Below are positions 1 through 13,778 of a DNA stretch of 64,000 bases, in pieces; within the stretch, counting starts at the first letter, position 1; the number at the start of each line of letters is the position of its first letter. The stretch is from Acanthaster planci. Its lineage: Eukaryota. The position numbers were made by a program, and so were the translations under genes. The notes under the pieces were generated by a model. It saw nothing but the letters and a program-made list of their open reading frames with translations. It did not search any database and had not been told where the DNA came from. The stretch covers positions 2,722,535 to 2,786,534 of the forward strand of contig NW_019091358.1 in assembly GCF_001949145.1 (NCBI RefSeq). The letters run 5' to 3'.

Positions 1-100
1 CAGTGTGTTTTGTATGGGGGGGATCAGACCACACTACAAGTAGCTTGGAAGCTGATATTGCAGCATCAAGGGTTTCCATCACGTTCCCTTCTCTGTCAGA

Positions 101-408
101 CAGGTGAGATTTGTCAGGATTTTTTCATCCAGATTTTTCCTGATTTCAGGTTTTTTTTCATGTAGATTTTTCCTGATTTCAGGATTTTTTCGTCAGGACT
201 TCCCTGATTTCAGGATTTTTCAAACAGTCTCTTTCAAAATCTAGGAAATCCTGGTTTATCATTATTATGTTTTTATTTTGGTATTTTGGGGAAATGGGTA
301 TTTTAAGGGGTGCCTTAACTTTCAAACACAATACAAACCCTGCTGTGGGCCTTCAAACCCTCTGTTAATTGTGTCATGGATACTTCAGTTTCCTCTATCT
401 CACCCCTG
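101..408. mobile_element. MITE family A, copy 1 (TIR CAGG(GG)TGAGAT, 6-bp TSD GTCAGA)
   Basis: Ends CAGGTGAGAT...ATCTCACCCCTG; GTCAGA at 95-100 and 409-414; internal repeated TTTCCTGATTTCAGGATTTTT units; homologous to 29712-29963. Confidence 0.75.
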
Positions 409-1745
409 GTCAGAGGCCAGGAAAAAATATCTGAAATGATGATATTTGATTGAAGTTGATATGGTTTATTTGGCTGCTGCTCTTTGTCTCTTTCCTGGCT
501 GACCCCTGACCCTCAGTCTCATTTGTGACCCAGCCTGTCAAAATGAGTCAGAAGTCACCAGAGCCACTTTTGAATTCAAGAAACCTGCACAATGAGAGAC
601 CCCAAACATTTTTTCCCCAATAAATGTCCATTTTCATCAATGACTGACATGACTGATACCAGTACTTTGAAAGAAAGAGCTACTTGTATGTGCTTTCTAA
701 GCCACAGTGGAGCAAAATTACTGGAAACCGGTCTTAGTAAGTCTCACTTTGTAGGCTCTGATTACATTTTTATCTGCTTTTCTTTTGTGCATTGTACGTA
801 TGTTTGACTCGTACACGAGTGCCTGTACATGTATTATGTTGGCCTTAGTGTGAGCTTGGAAGAGATACAATGTACATGTACCAGTATTTAACTTAACAGA
901 TATATTTTCCAGATTATTTTATGTGTATGTACATGTGTACAGTGCATGTAGTTTTTAGTGGGTAAATATACTGAGACTTAAATTTCACCAAACCTTCTTG
1001 CCCCCCCCTTTTTTTTTTCATTTTTGGCTGTATTTTTCAAGGACCTGCAATTTTTCAGTAAGGACCTTATAGTACTGACACACTGATAAGGGGAGTGCAG
1101 AACTATTCCGTAGCAACTGCAAGGAACCTTCCTAAGGTGCAATCTAGCATTTGGAGGTTTGTAATTACAGTAGGTATCATCACAAGTGGTTAGATTAAGA
1201 ATGGGGGGTAAATGAGGGATTCTTGTCCACAAACGTCAAAGCACGGCACGGCCGACTCCCCGCAGGGAAACTTAAACTGGAAGCTTTTGGCTCCCCTCAC
1301 CCAAGCAGGGATGCCTTCTCGGTGCATCGTGAGTGCGCATCACCTATCTACGCGGGCACTGCATGCCGTTCTAATGATGGCCATTGATTGGCTGATGATA
1401 TCCGGCCTGTCTAATTGAGTGGTGTCTACGGCCCCGCAGGGCTGTCATTACGGCCAGGCTATTACAGACTTATTTTCATTGCCGCTGGCCAACTCGGCAG
1501 AAAAGCTGATTGTGAAGTGGGCTCCCCTTGATTGTGGATATACTTGGCCCTCTGGGAATAGATGTTTTTGTAGTGAGTGGAAAATGAAAAGTACGGTATT
1601 TACGGTACATGTGTACCGAATGTGCAGCTAACAATGCACAGGCACTGCAGCTGTTTTAAGTTCAAAGCTACACACGTACAGTATGTGCACAGTTGTAATG
1701 AGCTGTGATTGACTTTTGAGGACATACATGTACAGTGTACATGTA

Positions 1746-2036
1746 TATTTCCAAATAGGTCACTTGGGAGACATTTTGTGGTAACTTTTTCAACATTAGG
1801 GAGACATCGGTCATTAGAGAGACATTTCAATGTCTCCCTAATGCTCCAACTACCAAAAGGAGGAAAATTTTTATCCACCGCATGTTGAGAGATGATAGAT
1901 TAGGGTCTGAAAGGAAAACATGCAAAGTTTGGTTAAGATCGGATTAGGGACTATTGAATTATGGGACGGTTAAGTTTGAAAAGTTTTGTGCACGTTCCTA
2001 TGGGAATGTCTCCCAAGTGACCCATTTTCGGTAATA
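1746..2036. mobile_element. MITE with about 30-bp TIRs
   Basis: TATTTCCAAATAGGTCACTTGGGAGACATT ... AATGTCTCCCAAGTGACCCATTTTCGGTAATA; internal GGAGACAT sub-repeats. Confidence 0.7.
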
Positions 2037-3869
2037 ATTACTAGTACTAGTACATGTATGTGCGGCAACTCTACCATTACCGGGTACCTGTAATTTTCAG
2101 TACCATTAACATACTTTTACATACATGTATACCGGTGTATTGTGTATATAACAATATGCACATACGGTGCATAGTAAAATGCATACACTGCTACCATGTG
2201 CTGCTTATGTATGGAAGTAGCACGTGTAGTGTACATGTACAGGTACATGTAGAAGTTATATACACCCTCTGCTTAAGTCTTGTTGCCTACCATTTGTATG
2301 GGTTGTCAAGTATGATAACAGATTTGGCCTCCAAAATGCTGTTTCCTCAACGTGTACGTTTTAAACAGCTTTTGTTTTTAATCACAAGTGTTACAGATAG
2401 GTATACATGTACATGTACAACATGTATATTGATGGTTGGATGACAGCTTGACATTTATTCTTCTACTTTTGTGCCAATGGCCCCTATAATTTTCTATACT
2501 AAATGTTCAGTACATGTAGAGACAAAACTTTGAAAAAAGGGAGCTCCATACTGAAAAAGAAAGCCTTTGCCCCAATTGGCTCTCAGTGAACCTCAAAGTG
2601 GATAGAAGGCCTTTAATTGCCGGCTTTGAACCTCAACTCAATTCTCGTTTCTTCCGATGGTCTTGATGTTCCATATCCAGCCTTCTGGGATACAAACCTG
2701 GCTTCGTCTTCCTCACACATCCTCACACAAAGTGCATGCACGCAGCCCTACAGAATTGGGGAAGACTGAAATAACAGGATTGTTTCAAGAGGCCATCAGT
2801 CAGCATACGCCGACCGTAAAGATTGAATCGTCCAGTGGAGATCTCAGCTATTCTGCCAATTACTTTGGGGCTCAGTGCTTGGCACTGGAGCTAAATTTAT
2901 ACCCGGTGGAAAAGGGCAGTACAGTTTTGGTGGATCTTTAGACAGTTTCCTGTCTGGTTCATGTGGCTGAGGAAGTATGCCCTTTATTGCTTCATGTACT
3001 AGGTCACATGTATAGTGTACGTGTAGCAGTCTGTGGTCTTTGAATACATACGGGCACATGTACATGTGTAGTACACAATACGCACATGTTGCACAGGTGG
3101 TACAAGTACTTGTTCTTATACGGTAATGTAAAGACACGCTGCTTAACACTTGGTTGATACATACTGGTACATTGGACATGTACATGTACGTGGCCACAAC
3201 GATGGCTGATGTGGACAGGTACCACATTGGACAGTGGCAGTGAATCCGGCTACAGTCCAGAAGAGACCACCACTTTTGGATCTTCATTCAGTAGACCTGG
3301 TGGATTTTGGCGCGCATGGAAAGAAAAGTAGATCAGTCCAAGAGGTGGACAAGTGGCAACAGACAAAATTTCCGTGGTGATCTTGTGGCCTCATTCATAA
3401 AAGTGGTGTCATCTGGTGCAGTGAATAACAAATCTTGATTGGAGCGACATGCAGAAAAGCGACGAAAGTTATCCAGGGGAGGAGATGGCCCATAGTAATC
3501 AAGCCCTCTCCCCCCACACAATATTTTGATGTGAAAACCCCTAATTCCTTAGCATGGCATCCTATACTTTCCACATGATCAGGTGAAGAAGTATACACAT
3601 GTACATGTAGTATTGAAAATGAGGAATTACGAGTTGAGTCCAAGAGTCTCTGTGTAAAAACTGTGACACTAACTGGAACTGACAGGTGGAAGCAGAATGC
3701 CATTTGCATGTTCAATGCTCAAGCACTTACCACCGAGGACATTAGACATACAACTGAGGACAGAGGAACATCCTTTGTGTTCCGGTCCTCTAAGGTTAAG
3801 TAAGACAACAAGTGTCGCAGCACTCAAGTCCATGTAAATGCGCGTGTGTCTTCGATCAGATCAGATTGT

Positions 3870-4092
3870 GCCCCTTCCCTTATTTGTGTGTATGTTTTTT
3901 TGTATGATTATTTAATTTTTAATTTAATTTTTAGGTTTTCATTTTTAGGGCGGTCTTCTTTTAAACTGGGTTGGAAATTATCTTATTTATTTTTGTTTAC
4001 GTTTATGTGAAATTGTTGGCTTTGAGTGAGCGACAACAGCAATGTAATTTTTCAGTTTGGGATTTTAATAAAGTTTATCTTATCTTATCTTA
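3870..4092 (+). mobile_element. Probable 3' remnant of a non-LTR retroelement
   Basis: T-rich tract ending AATAAAG followed by a (TTATC)n microsatellite tail. A similar (TAT)n-tailed remnant ends near 12132. Confidence 0.35.
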
Positions 4093-7000
4093 ATATTTAC
4101 AAATACATGTACTCAGTATGCATACCAGTACCTTACACCGTTTTCACATTGTACAGTGCATAAGCATTTACATAATTGGGCAGCATGGCTGATGGATGAG
4201 ATTGTGAGATTGAGAGGTTTGGCTATGTACACATAACAAAGACATGACTTGTACAAATAGAGTGCACAGGCACGTGTGTGTGCATTTCTTGTTTTCTGGT
4301 CCATTACACTGTCTAGTAGCAGGCACACGTGCACAGAACTCCATGTACATTGTGTACATGTACAGCATATGTACATGTATGCCAAAGGCGAAATCTCTCC
4401 TCCTGCGTAAACATCTCAAATCGCACAAATCACAATACTCATAAATTTTGTCCTCTCTGAGTTGCAAGTACCCGGTATCTAGGAATATGTGACAAATGTT
4501 AACCGCTGGTATGCGCTGGGTGCCATGTTGTACCGGGTACGTGTTCCGGGTGCTGCCCGCCTGCCATGCGAACGTAACACGGCTCGGGGAAGAAATCTTA
4601 TTTGATCTGAGAATTGAATTTGTAAGAAGGGCTTGATAACTCAATACCCAGGCCAGTGTGTGTGTGCATGCAGCGAAAGCAGAGTGTCAGAGCGAATGAC
4701 GTCAGAATACGGCTGCAGGACTTTCTCAGGTTTCCTGTCTGTCATCCGGGGCCAAAATAAAATAGATATGGCTGATGAGGAGGTCTATTCATGCTGTCAG
4801 ATAATTATACAAAGCCATCCAATATCTGTACAGAGTCTCAAGTGTCGGTCTCCTTATTCAGAATTCCAAAAAGTGAGATTTTTTTTGGGTCAAATCAGCC
4901 TGTTTGTACCGACATTAAAAGGCCCATGATTTCATCAGGGAAGCAACTTGAAAGTCCCTTTTCTGCATGCGGTTTTATGGCGCACAGTACATGTACTTAA
5001 TATGCAATTATCTTTCCTCCGATGTGTGGTGTGATGTGAATCTGACGTTTCTGTTATTTTAGACCATTGTGAAAAGTCACGTACATGTAATGTACCAGAA
5101 CACAATGACAGGGAAGTGACTTAAGGTTCAGTCTGCAGAGTAAAATAATGAATGTTTATTCACTTTCTGTGCATGTTTGCATTCGACTCCATGGAAGTGT
5201 ACATGTACACAGCTGGGGTTTTTACATGAGTACCACACGAAGTTGTCATGTTTACACACATGTACACATGTACATTTTGCACTTACATCATGTACACTGT
5301 ATGAACATGCATGTTATTCACAGTGCGTTTGTGCCCATGTGCTGTGTGGTCCCATGTGTACAGTATGGATGCCGTCCTTCTGGAGAACCATAGGTTACAT
5401 TAATTTAAATTAGTGCTTTTTTGTTGCACGACACAAGCAGGAGGAAAGTGATAATTGGGGGGCCAGTAGAATACTTTTTGTCTTGCTAACAAATTGTACA
5501 GTGTGCGGAATGAAGTTTCTACAGTTGTTGAAATAACAGTTGTACATGTACATTTTTTATATCACTCAGTGTTGTTGGATTTCAGATGGGTGATCATACA
5601 TTTGTCAACCTCAAAGCTGCACTAGTGGTAGAAAATGATATTTTCATTGAAATTACGAGCATTTATGATTGCAGTTACAGTAGGCTTGGAGGGTATAAAA
5701 TATTTATATCATTATAACCGAATAGTGGCTTTTTTATTTACCAAAGAATACTGACTGATGGCCCATAAATACCGAGATACTGCCAAACTCGGTACGGAAT
5801 TTAAACACTGCAGTATACTTGCTAATGTTTTAATCTTTTAAAATAAGGAAAAAACCATCATATTTCATCATTCCATTCTTTGTGGTACAAGTCATTCAAT
5901 GTCATACATGTATGGCTCCATTGTCACTTACAGTGGAGAGGTCAGACGCCATTGTTCAGCTTGACTTGGTAAGATGAAACTTAAACAGCTGCCGACCCAC
6001 AAGCCAAAAGCCTTTGAAGTTTTTTATTGCCGCTGTCATTGTGTTAGGGGTTTTGGTGTACTGAGCTGCCTACATGTAAGGTGTCTGAATGGAAGTATCA
6101 AACAATGTTTCACAATGTTGTCTTGCAGTTACCACTCAAGAGCTTGCTCTGTCATTTCCATTTTACACTTTCCTGTACATGTATGTCAATATTTGTATTG
6201 GAACACACCATCATTCTTACCTAAAAATATGATCTTTGCGTTTTATTATTCCATCATCAAAATAATGTTTATTTTGAAAAAAAAAAGATTGATAAGTGAT
6301 AATACTTGAGTTTAGACATTCTTCCGCGTTGCTAAGTACCTTCATGCTGGCCCGTAGTTGTTTCCATTCTCAATGAATGTCAGCTTACTGCTACAGCTTT
6401 TTTGATGACTTACTGGTACATGTATAATACCGCATTTCAGTGAGTGGGTTGGTTTTTTTTATTGTCATGGAAACCACGGGGGAAAAAATGCAGGACCATC
6501 CCAGCCTAATCGCATTACTTTGTACTCATACAAAAGAGATTGGAAGACAAGCCTCGTTAAAACCACAACAGAATAATTAAATACTTTAATCTGTCTCTGT
6601 TCAGATGCTCTGTAGCAAACCTATTATGTACATGTAATGTGAGCGATGGGTTGCTGTGGTACTTATGGCAGTTTTATTACACTGTACATTGGCCACTCCA
6701 ATACCACTTGGACCGTGCAGGTTAATGGTACTCCTTGCCTTAGAATTGTAGCATCACTAGTTTGACAGGTGTACAGGCCCTTCAGGAAGATCTGATTAGA
6801 GATGGAAAATTTCTGGGGATTTTGTGGGTTACCAGGAGTATTTGGAGGTCAGAGAAAAATAAATGGACCCATCTGCCCGGAAATGGAAAGGGAACATGCG
6901 AGAAAACAGACTGTGAATCTGCTTCACACGTTGCTGCCAGGTGAAGCCATCTCACTGCATCTCTTTGCACTTGCTTGTTGGAGAAGATGCTGAGGGGGAT

Positions 7001-7496
7001 TTATGTGTATGCTCCTGCATGTGAATGTTTTTTGTCAATATCTGATCTGTCAGGTGATTTGACAGATTACTGACAAAACACTGGAAGGCTGGAAGTACTA
7101 GTGCGTGGACGTGGAAATGTTGGAAGTAGCGTTGAAGCACAGAACGTACAGTGTACATGTATTTTGTGTTGAAAGGATGAGGTAAACCTCCACAGGATTT
7201 TGAAAAAGGAAAATGCGAATGTAAAAAAAGCGAACAAAAACAACCATAAATAAACCTTGGAAATTTATCCTCTCAAGCAAAGAGTGTATTTGAACTTCAG
7301 TGATAAAATCTGGAAATACTGAAATTCCCTGACTTTGCTCATGAACCATAAGTGATTGTCGTAAAATGCTCTGATGAAAATTGTATATTATGCATGGAAT
7401 GTGAAGGAGAAATTATTATCTATTTCTGGTAATGACACCAAGGATTCCTCAAAAGCTCCCTGAAAAAGCCTGCAAGCCTGAAGAAACCTGTAGAGA

Positions 7497-7682
7497 GGAG
7501 ACAATGAGAAGCAGTTGCAGTTTTAGAGGTGGGAGGAAAACCCCAAAGGAATATTCTGGGTAAAACCCACGGAATCAGGTAGGGACTCAAAACCCAATTC
7601 ACATATGGACCGAGCTGGGATTCAAACCCGGGCCGCAGAGGTGGAAGGCGAGGAAAGAACCACTACGCCAACCTGACTCCCC
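7497..7682 (-). mobile_element. tRNA-derived SINE, family B copy 1
   Basis: Minus-strand head with A box TGGCGTAGTGG and B box GGTTTGAATCC; second copy at 60758-60927. Confidence 0.75.
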
Positions 7683-10600
7683 GAAACGGTATAGTAGTAC
7701 ATGTACATACAGTAAATGTACACATGCATGTATGCCTTGAATAATTTGCCAAGGTGGCAGTGCCCATGAATATATGCATACTGGACATGGTTTTTAGACA
7801 TTGGTATGGTACATTTTCAGATGGTGGTGTACATGTACATAAAACAAAATACAGTTAAAGAGGGTAAGTCATGTTAGCAGTGTTTGCCCAGTGATTATTA
7901 ATTTTTGCAAGTGTTTGAACACCCAAGAACATTTTATACTTGTAAATAGGCACGAGGGCTGCTGTTTGAATAAAACAGTAAAAGCACTTTATGTTCCTAC
8001 AAAGTTGCTGTTCTCTTTTGTAGTCAAAGAATGGATGGAGCAAAAGTTGCGCGTCAATTTTGACATTAAAGTGGACTCTGGTTTTCAATAGAAACAGAAA
8101 TCGTGCCTTTACCTCAATCCGGTTATAGCCTCCACACTGAGGAACAGGTCATGGAGTGCTCATGGCTTAACAAAAATGTAAAAAACCATCAGGGAAACAC
8201 TTTCTGTGCCATATTATCTGCCTTGAGCAGAAGCATCCCCTCATTGGTTGAAAAGTGCCATGCTGATGGGTAGTGTTCGCTTTTGTGGTAGCGACGCATG
8301 CGCAACGCAGCGAAGTTCTTGAACCAGTGAAGTGCAGTTCCCACCTAAGGAGCCTCCATTGGTAGGAAACTTTCATCCCATAAGCCCACTGTGACCTGTA
8401 ATGTACCGGTAGATATGCATTTGTCTAGTGCATTTACCGCCGTGGCATGGGCACACAGTTTACACATTCCAAAGAAACGTCAATTGGCGTATTTAGATGG
8501 AATGTTGTAAACAAGGGCTTCAAACAGTTGTCTTTGTCTGTCAGCTCATCCATGCAGTGCTGCTGAGTGTGGTGCAGCTGAAAAGCTTCGTGGACATGTA
8601 TGGACACGTACATGTACAGGCTACAAGTTTGTACCCGGTATGTGTCTGTGAATGATGGCCACACGGCACTTGTACGTGTGTGCGGTGGAGAGTATTTTTA
8701 TCTTCTAAGTAGAGAATTTGAAATCTACCTTGAAGATAACTTCCGTTTCATTTCTAGGTTTGTTGAAGTGCAAAAATCTACAGGTGTGTGATGGAGTTTT
8801 AATATAGGGTATGGTTAAGTGGGCCGGAACTCAATGCTGGGATACAGTAAGATGTGCTGGCACATGTAAGGCCTTCATGTGTTTGCGAATGTCGACTGGA
8901 AATTCTGTGCGTACGTGGAGGCTGGGTCGATGTACGCCCTTCCTTGTGCATGTTTTCTTGTTTGTATGCTTCTACGGAAGTACACAGGCCCCCTGAAGAT
9001 GGTCACTGAATTTTCAAGTATTCAGTATCCACTTGGAAAGGGTCACAAAATCCCACGTAGGCCTACATGCACTGTAAGTGAAATGAGTCGTGGAGATTCT
9101 TCCACAAGCGATATATTTTTTTTGGGGGGGGGATAAGCAGCTCTGTTCAACTTTTTACCACTGTGGGGATTTTTTTGGCTTTCTCCACTTTGTGCCGTGG
9201 CAGACAGATATCACAAAGACGATAGCCTGATTTCCAAAAGTCGTGATCGTTGAAAAGTATGTCGAAGGATAAGGATAAGGCCCTGACTGAAAGGGTGTGT
9301 GTGAAAACTCATATATACATGATATACATGTACATGTAGGATTCAAAGAGTTTAGTGTTGGACAATTCCGTGTGAGAATTGATGAGAAAAATGTAGACTA
9401 ATCCTGAGTCAAAATTCCACTTTTAGGAATCTATTCCGTGGAGTGATTGATGTAGCTCCCCTGAGAGTCAATTCTAGAAGGTGCCTAACAAATATACAGA
9501 AGGAGCAGGTGCCTACATCCGATTTCCTTGAATTGCGTGTTACTTACATGTATAAATCGTCTAATTTCAAAACAGTTTGTCGCAAGCGATCAATTGTCGC
9601 AGAGAGGTAGATTGAATATCTGAATGAATTCCTGCAAGGGACTAACCACCATGCACGTAGCCTCCAAAAAGGCCTGGCATTTTCTTGTGATGCATGTTTA
9701 CCTTTCACCAGTGAAAATTGGAATGGATTCCGAGTAGAATCTTTCTTCCCAGGCAGAGCCAGAATGGATTCCAGGAATGGTAGAACACATTTTATGGCCC
9801 ACTCCAGGAGGAAGCGCCTCAACTGGACGATAGTTGCCAGCGGCATCACAGCTACCCATACATGTGTCATGACTGCGCTGTACAGCACTTGCATGTAAAT
9901 ACATCGTGGATTGCCAGGATGCAACATTTCACATCATGCACATTCTTAGTTGCATAGGGACTGCTCCTTTTGCGCCAAGTGGCTGCTAAAACTATGGCTG
10001 TCATCAGTACAGAAATAAAAGAATATGTCACAAAGTTTCAAGTAGTTTCATGTACAGATAATATCAATACATGTATTACGAAACACTACATGAAATACGT
10101 TTTAACCCTCTTTAAATTTACGAGGACAAACGTACATTTGAATGAAATTGAGATAAAAAACGAAATACAATCAAAGCTTATTTTTTTGGCAAACTTTAGC
10201 AGCCTTACTTGGGCAAAATGAGAGTGGTCTGTTGCTCCCTGTGTTTTTGAAAGGGTTACCTCTGTGAAGGTGCACCTTCGACACTTACATGTATAATTTA
10301 ATCGCATCTCCACCCCCCCTTCTTAAGTTAATTCCTTAGAGAACAGGCAATGTTGTTGCCCACTGACTAAATTAATTTTTGGGGGCTTCTTATTTTGTGA
10401 ACCAGAAATACGACTTGACATTGCTTGGGCAGGAAATGCAGAGCACGCACATCATACTGAGGTGCTAATGACATTTTATTTACTTAGGTTCGTCTCGCCT
10501 GCGCAAACATTGCCATAACAACTGTTTTGCAGTACTGTCCAAATTCCCATTGGGTTTACGTGTACGTGTGAAAACCTTGTAAACATTCACAACATTGGTG

Positions 10601-13600
10601 TGAATGGATCACATACCCTGACCAATGGATGACTGTCATACATGTACATGTCCAGATCTGCTGCCAACTGCATTAGTGTTAGTGTGTTTGTGTGTTTTGA
10701 CCGGTGTTGAACTCAATTTGGTGTCTTGTCCAGCAGGAGCTACACATGATGTACATGCACAGGACCAGGCAGGTGGTCGGACAACCCATGGAAACAGTCA
10801 CCCTCACTATCCTGGGCACGGTCCTTGGTGTCAGTAACATCTAAGGATGTGGTCTAAATAGCAGTCCGTTCAATCACACTAAAGGGTCCAGCAACCAAAT
10901 CCATCAACAGGTGTAATGGAAACCTCCCTTGGCAATTCATTTCCGTCCAGATATGGAAACTATACCAAACTAAAACTAGATCCATCTGTAGACTGCTGTT
11001 TGCCTCGGAAATGTCAAATGTAGCCAATCTTATCTGGGCTTGGGATGCCATCTCATCAAAGTCAGCAGACAGAAGTCGCCTACTTCATCCAAACTGTCGC
11101 CAGAAAATGCGCAAGTAGTACACATACATGCATACTGTACTGCAAGATTCATTTCTGTTAACTGTTTATTGGCAAAGCAGCAGGATTCTTGACAGATAAG
11201 ATGGACGGAGAAAAAGAAAAAGGTCCTTCCAAACTTTGTAAGTTTCACAGTTACGTTTTTTGCCATTTGTTTTTTATTTATTTGTTTTTCCGCTTACACT
11301 TATTGTTAAGCCGAGTCCTTTCCAGCGTCAGAAATGTAAAATACAAAAAAATGACACGTACCATATACAAATCCTAAAAGTCAGAGAGCTCGACACTTGG
11401 ATCTGACGTGTTGCAGAAGCTTCATTTCTTATTTGAGAAAATTTCTGCCTGGATCAAATTACCTGAATTTTTAAGATTCTTTTTTTTCCCCAGCGAAGAT
11501 GATTCAATCAGTGTTCAGATTACAGAGTTGTAACCTATATTTACATGTCATTCTCCCGCAAGTTTCGTATCGTATTTTTTAAATTGTAACATGCAGCTTT
11601 ATGCCCTTTATACCTGCCTGTGTGCAGGTGAACATTTGATACATTTTCTCAGAAAAAAAAAAGGAATAAAAAATCCAAAAGCATTGGATAATATTGCCAG
11701 CGGCAGCGGGTATGTAGGTTATCGACATTCTGCACCTGTACAATGTAATATACGTGCACAGTACATATCCTGTAGGTCACAGTTTGGAAGCAGATGGCTT
11801 GGTGTGCATTGCATCTGCATACAAAAATGTACTTTTCCATCTGTGATCGTACTCATGTGTTGAACACCGTTGGCCTCTTTAGCATGAATTGTAACTAATA
11901 ATAATAATAAAAGATCGAGACATCATCGATGCCAGTAGGGTTAGGTCTGGGTAAAATTATTCTCCCTGTTGGCGGGACAGATGTATCCCCATACTGTGGT
12001 TGGGTACTGGCGCGGTGGCATTCATTCCTTCATTTCTTAAATCCATTTTTTTAACGTCAATTTGTACTGCACCGTTGATCATTTTAATGAAAATGGCGCA
12101 TGACAAATTTTCTTTATTTATTATTATTATTATCGTAAATGGTGCCTTTTCTTGTTAGCTGTGAATAATTGCAGCTCTTTAATCATGCATGGTGTTTTCA
12201 GTCTCCCCCCCTCCCTTCCTGGTCCATTGCCTTCTTATCCTCTATTACTGTAGAAGTACCAGGTCATTCTGTCAATTCAGGGTCCAAAAAGTGCGTCCAT
12301 ATTTGTGTCTCTGTTACACCCGACCTGGGTAATTTGACACGGAAATATCACTGAAATTGACAAACTAATTGTATTTGTTTGGCACGTAATTTGCATTGCT
12401 TAAATCACGCTTGGAAATTACGGAAAGCATTCTGAAGTTAGGTATGCCAGATGTTACAGGGGTACAAAAAAGTTGACCTCCCGGTAAAAACTTATAGAAT
12501 GACGACACTGTACGACAGTTTGTATCATCCTTTAATCCAGTTTGTTGATGAAAACATTTAAATGCAAAATCCGGCTTTATAATCGGTTCTGTTAATATTG
12601 AGTGAAAAAAAAATTTACTTGGCGTCAGAGTCATAAATTTGCGGTCAAGATGCACTTTAGCTCCATATATCTGCTCTTCATAGAGTAGTGGTTATCTAAG
12701 GTTTATTTCCAACATTGCACTGTAAAATGCTGCTGATTCTGGTGCCGTGTTGCTCTGAAATCATGTTACTGGAAATCCCTGCGAAAAGTCAGTCTTCGTT
12801 CTCCAGTCGGGCTCCTCTTGGGCCTCCTCCCAGAAATCCCGGCCGCCAATGCGAATATATGATCAGCAGGCAGGTTTCCAGGGGTCCGCTTTAGAGTCCC
12901 CAGTATTCATTGAGTGCACAGATCAGATTCCCTCTTCTGCTGCCTTGCAATAATCAACGGCCAATTGATGACGAAGGAAATGACACCAAGAGCGGCCGGC
13001 ATCTTCAGTGCAACAGTCCAGAGCCATAGGCATCCAGAAGGCATGAATTGTGGACATAAGGGAATAGCTTAGCCAAATTAAAGGATAACATTAATAAATC
13101 CCTCCTTTTGCTGTAACGGTCAAAAACAGTCAAAAAGTGCTTCCACTTGATTTCCCCCAGTACACAGACACATATGGGAAATTCGACTGGTTCTGACTGA
13201 TGGGACAATTGTGTCAAGAATGTGTCTTTGCACAGGAGGGTTTTTTTAGAAACAGCCACAGTAGCTTGTTTACAGCATAAGGTCAATGGTCTGCTTAATG
13301 GCTCCAAAAAACACCTGCCTCTCAAAAGCACAGTCAGACTTTTTGATGAAAAAAATACAAATATGGCCACCAGTCATCATGCCATGTTTCTCGAGCTGAC
13401 CCACTGAAGGCAACAGAACTTGACGATAGCCAAAGTAAGAAGCCCAATGAATCCAACAGCTAACATATATGTCGAACCACTGTTAAAACCTCTTTGGCTT
13501 TAGCTCCTTCAGGAATCTTGTGTCACATGTAGATTCAGCTTTGTTCAGTTCGGTTGTTCAGAGTGATTTATAATGATTATGGTATGCGCGTGTGTAACAG

Positions 13601-13778
13601 TATGTGATTGCATGCAGTAAGGATGACTTCTGTGTTTTTTAGCAGCACTTCACAAGTACATGCATATGTATAAGTACATCTCCATTTTGGTTTACCAAGG
13701 AAAGGAAATTTGTATTATTTTTCAATGCCTCTATCAAGTAAGATAGATGTTTTTCCTTTTATCCATTTTCTCCTTCAG

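Noticed and set aside
2610..2750. Minus-strand exon-like ORF (GCVHALCVRMCEEDEARF...) after a ctgtag acceptor
   Set aside because: No recognisable homology and no partner exons; a nested gene cannot be supported.
4768..4872. ATG GCT GAT GAG GAG (MADEE), resembling the human SNX27 start, near a CRE site
   Set aside because: No PDZ sequence follows, and the nearby donors are phase 0 while the exon at 13779 needs phase 2; probably coincidence.
2054..5413. Multiple Cys/His/Tyr/Val/Met-rich ORFs
   Set aside because: Translation artefacts of TACATG/TGTACA low-complexity sequence.
11201..11237. Short ORF MDGEKEKGPSKL ending at a gtaagt donor in SNX27 intron 1
   Set aside because: Phase 1; joining to 13779 creates an immediate stop, so it is not a coding first exon.
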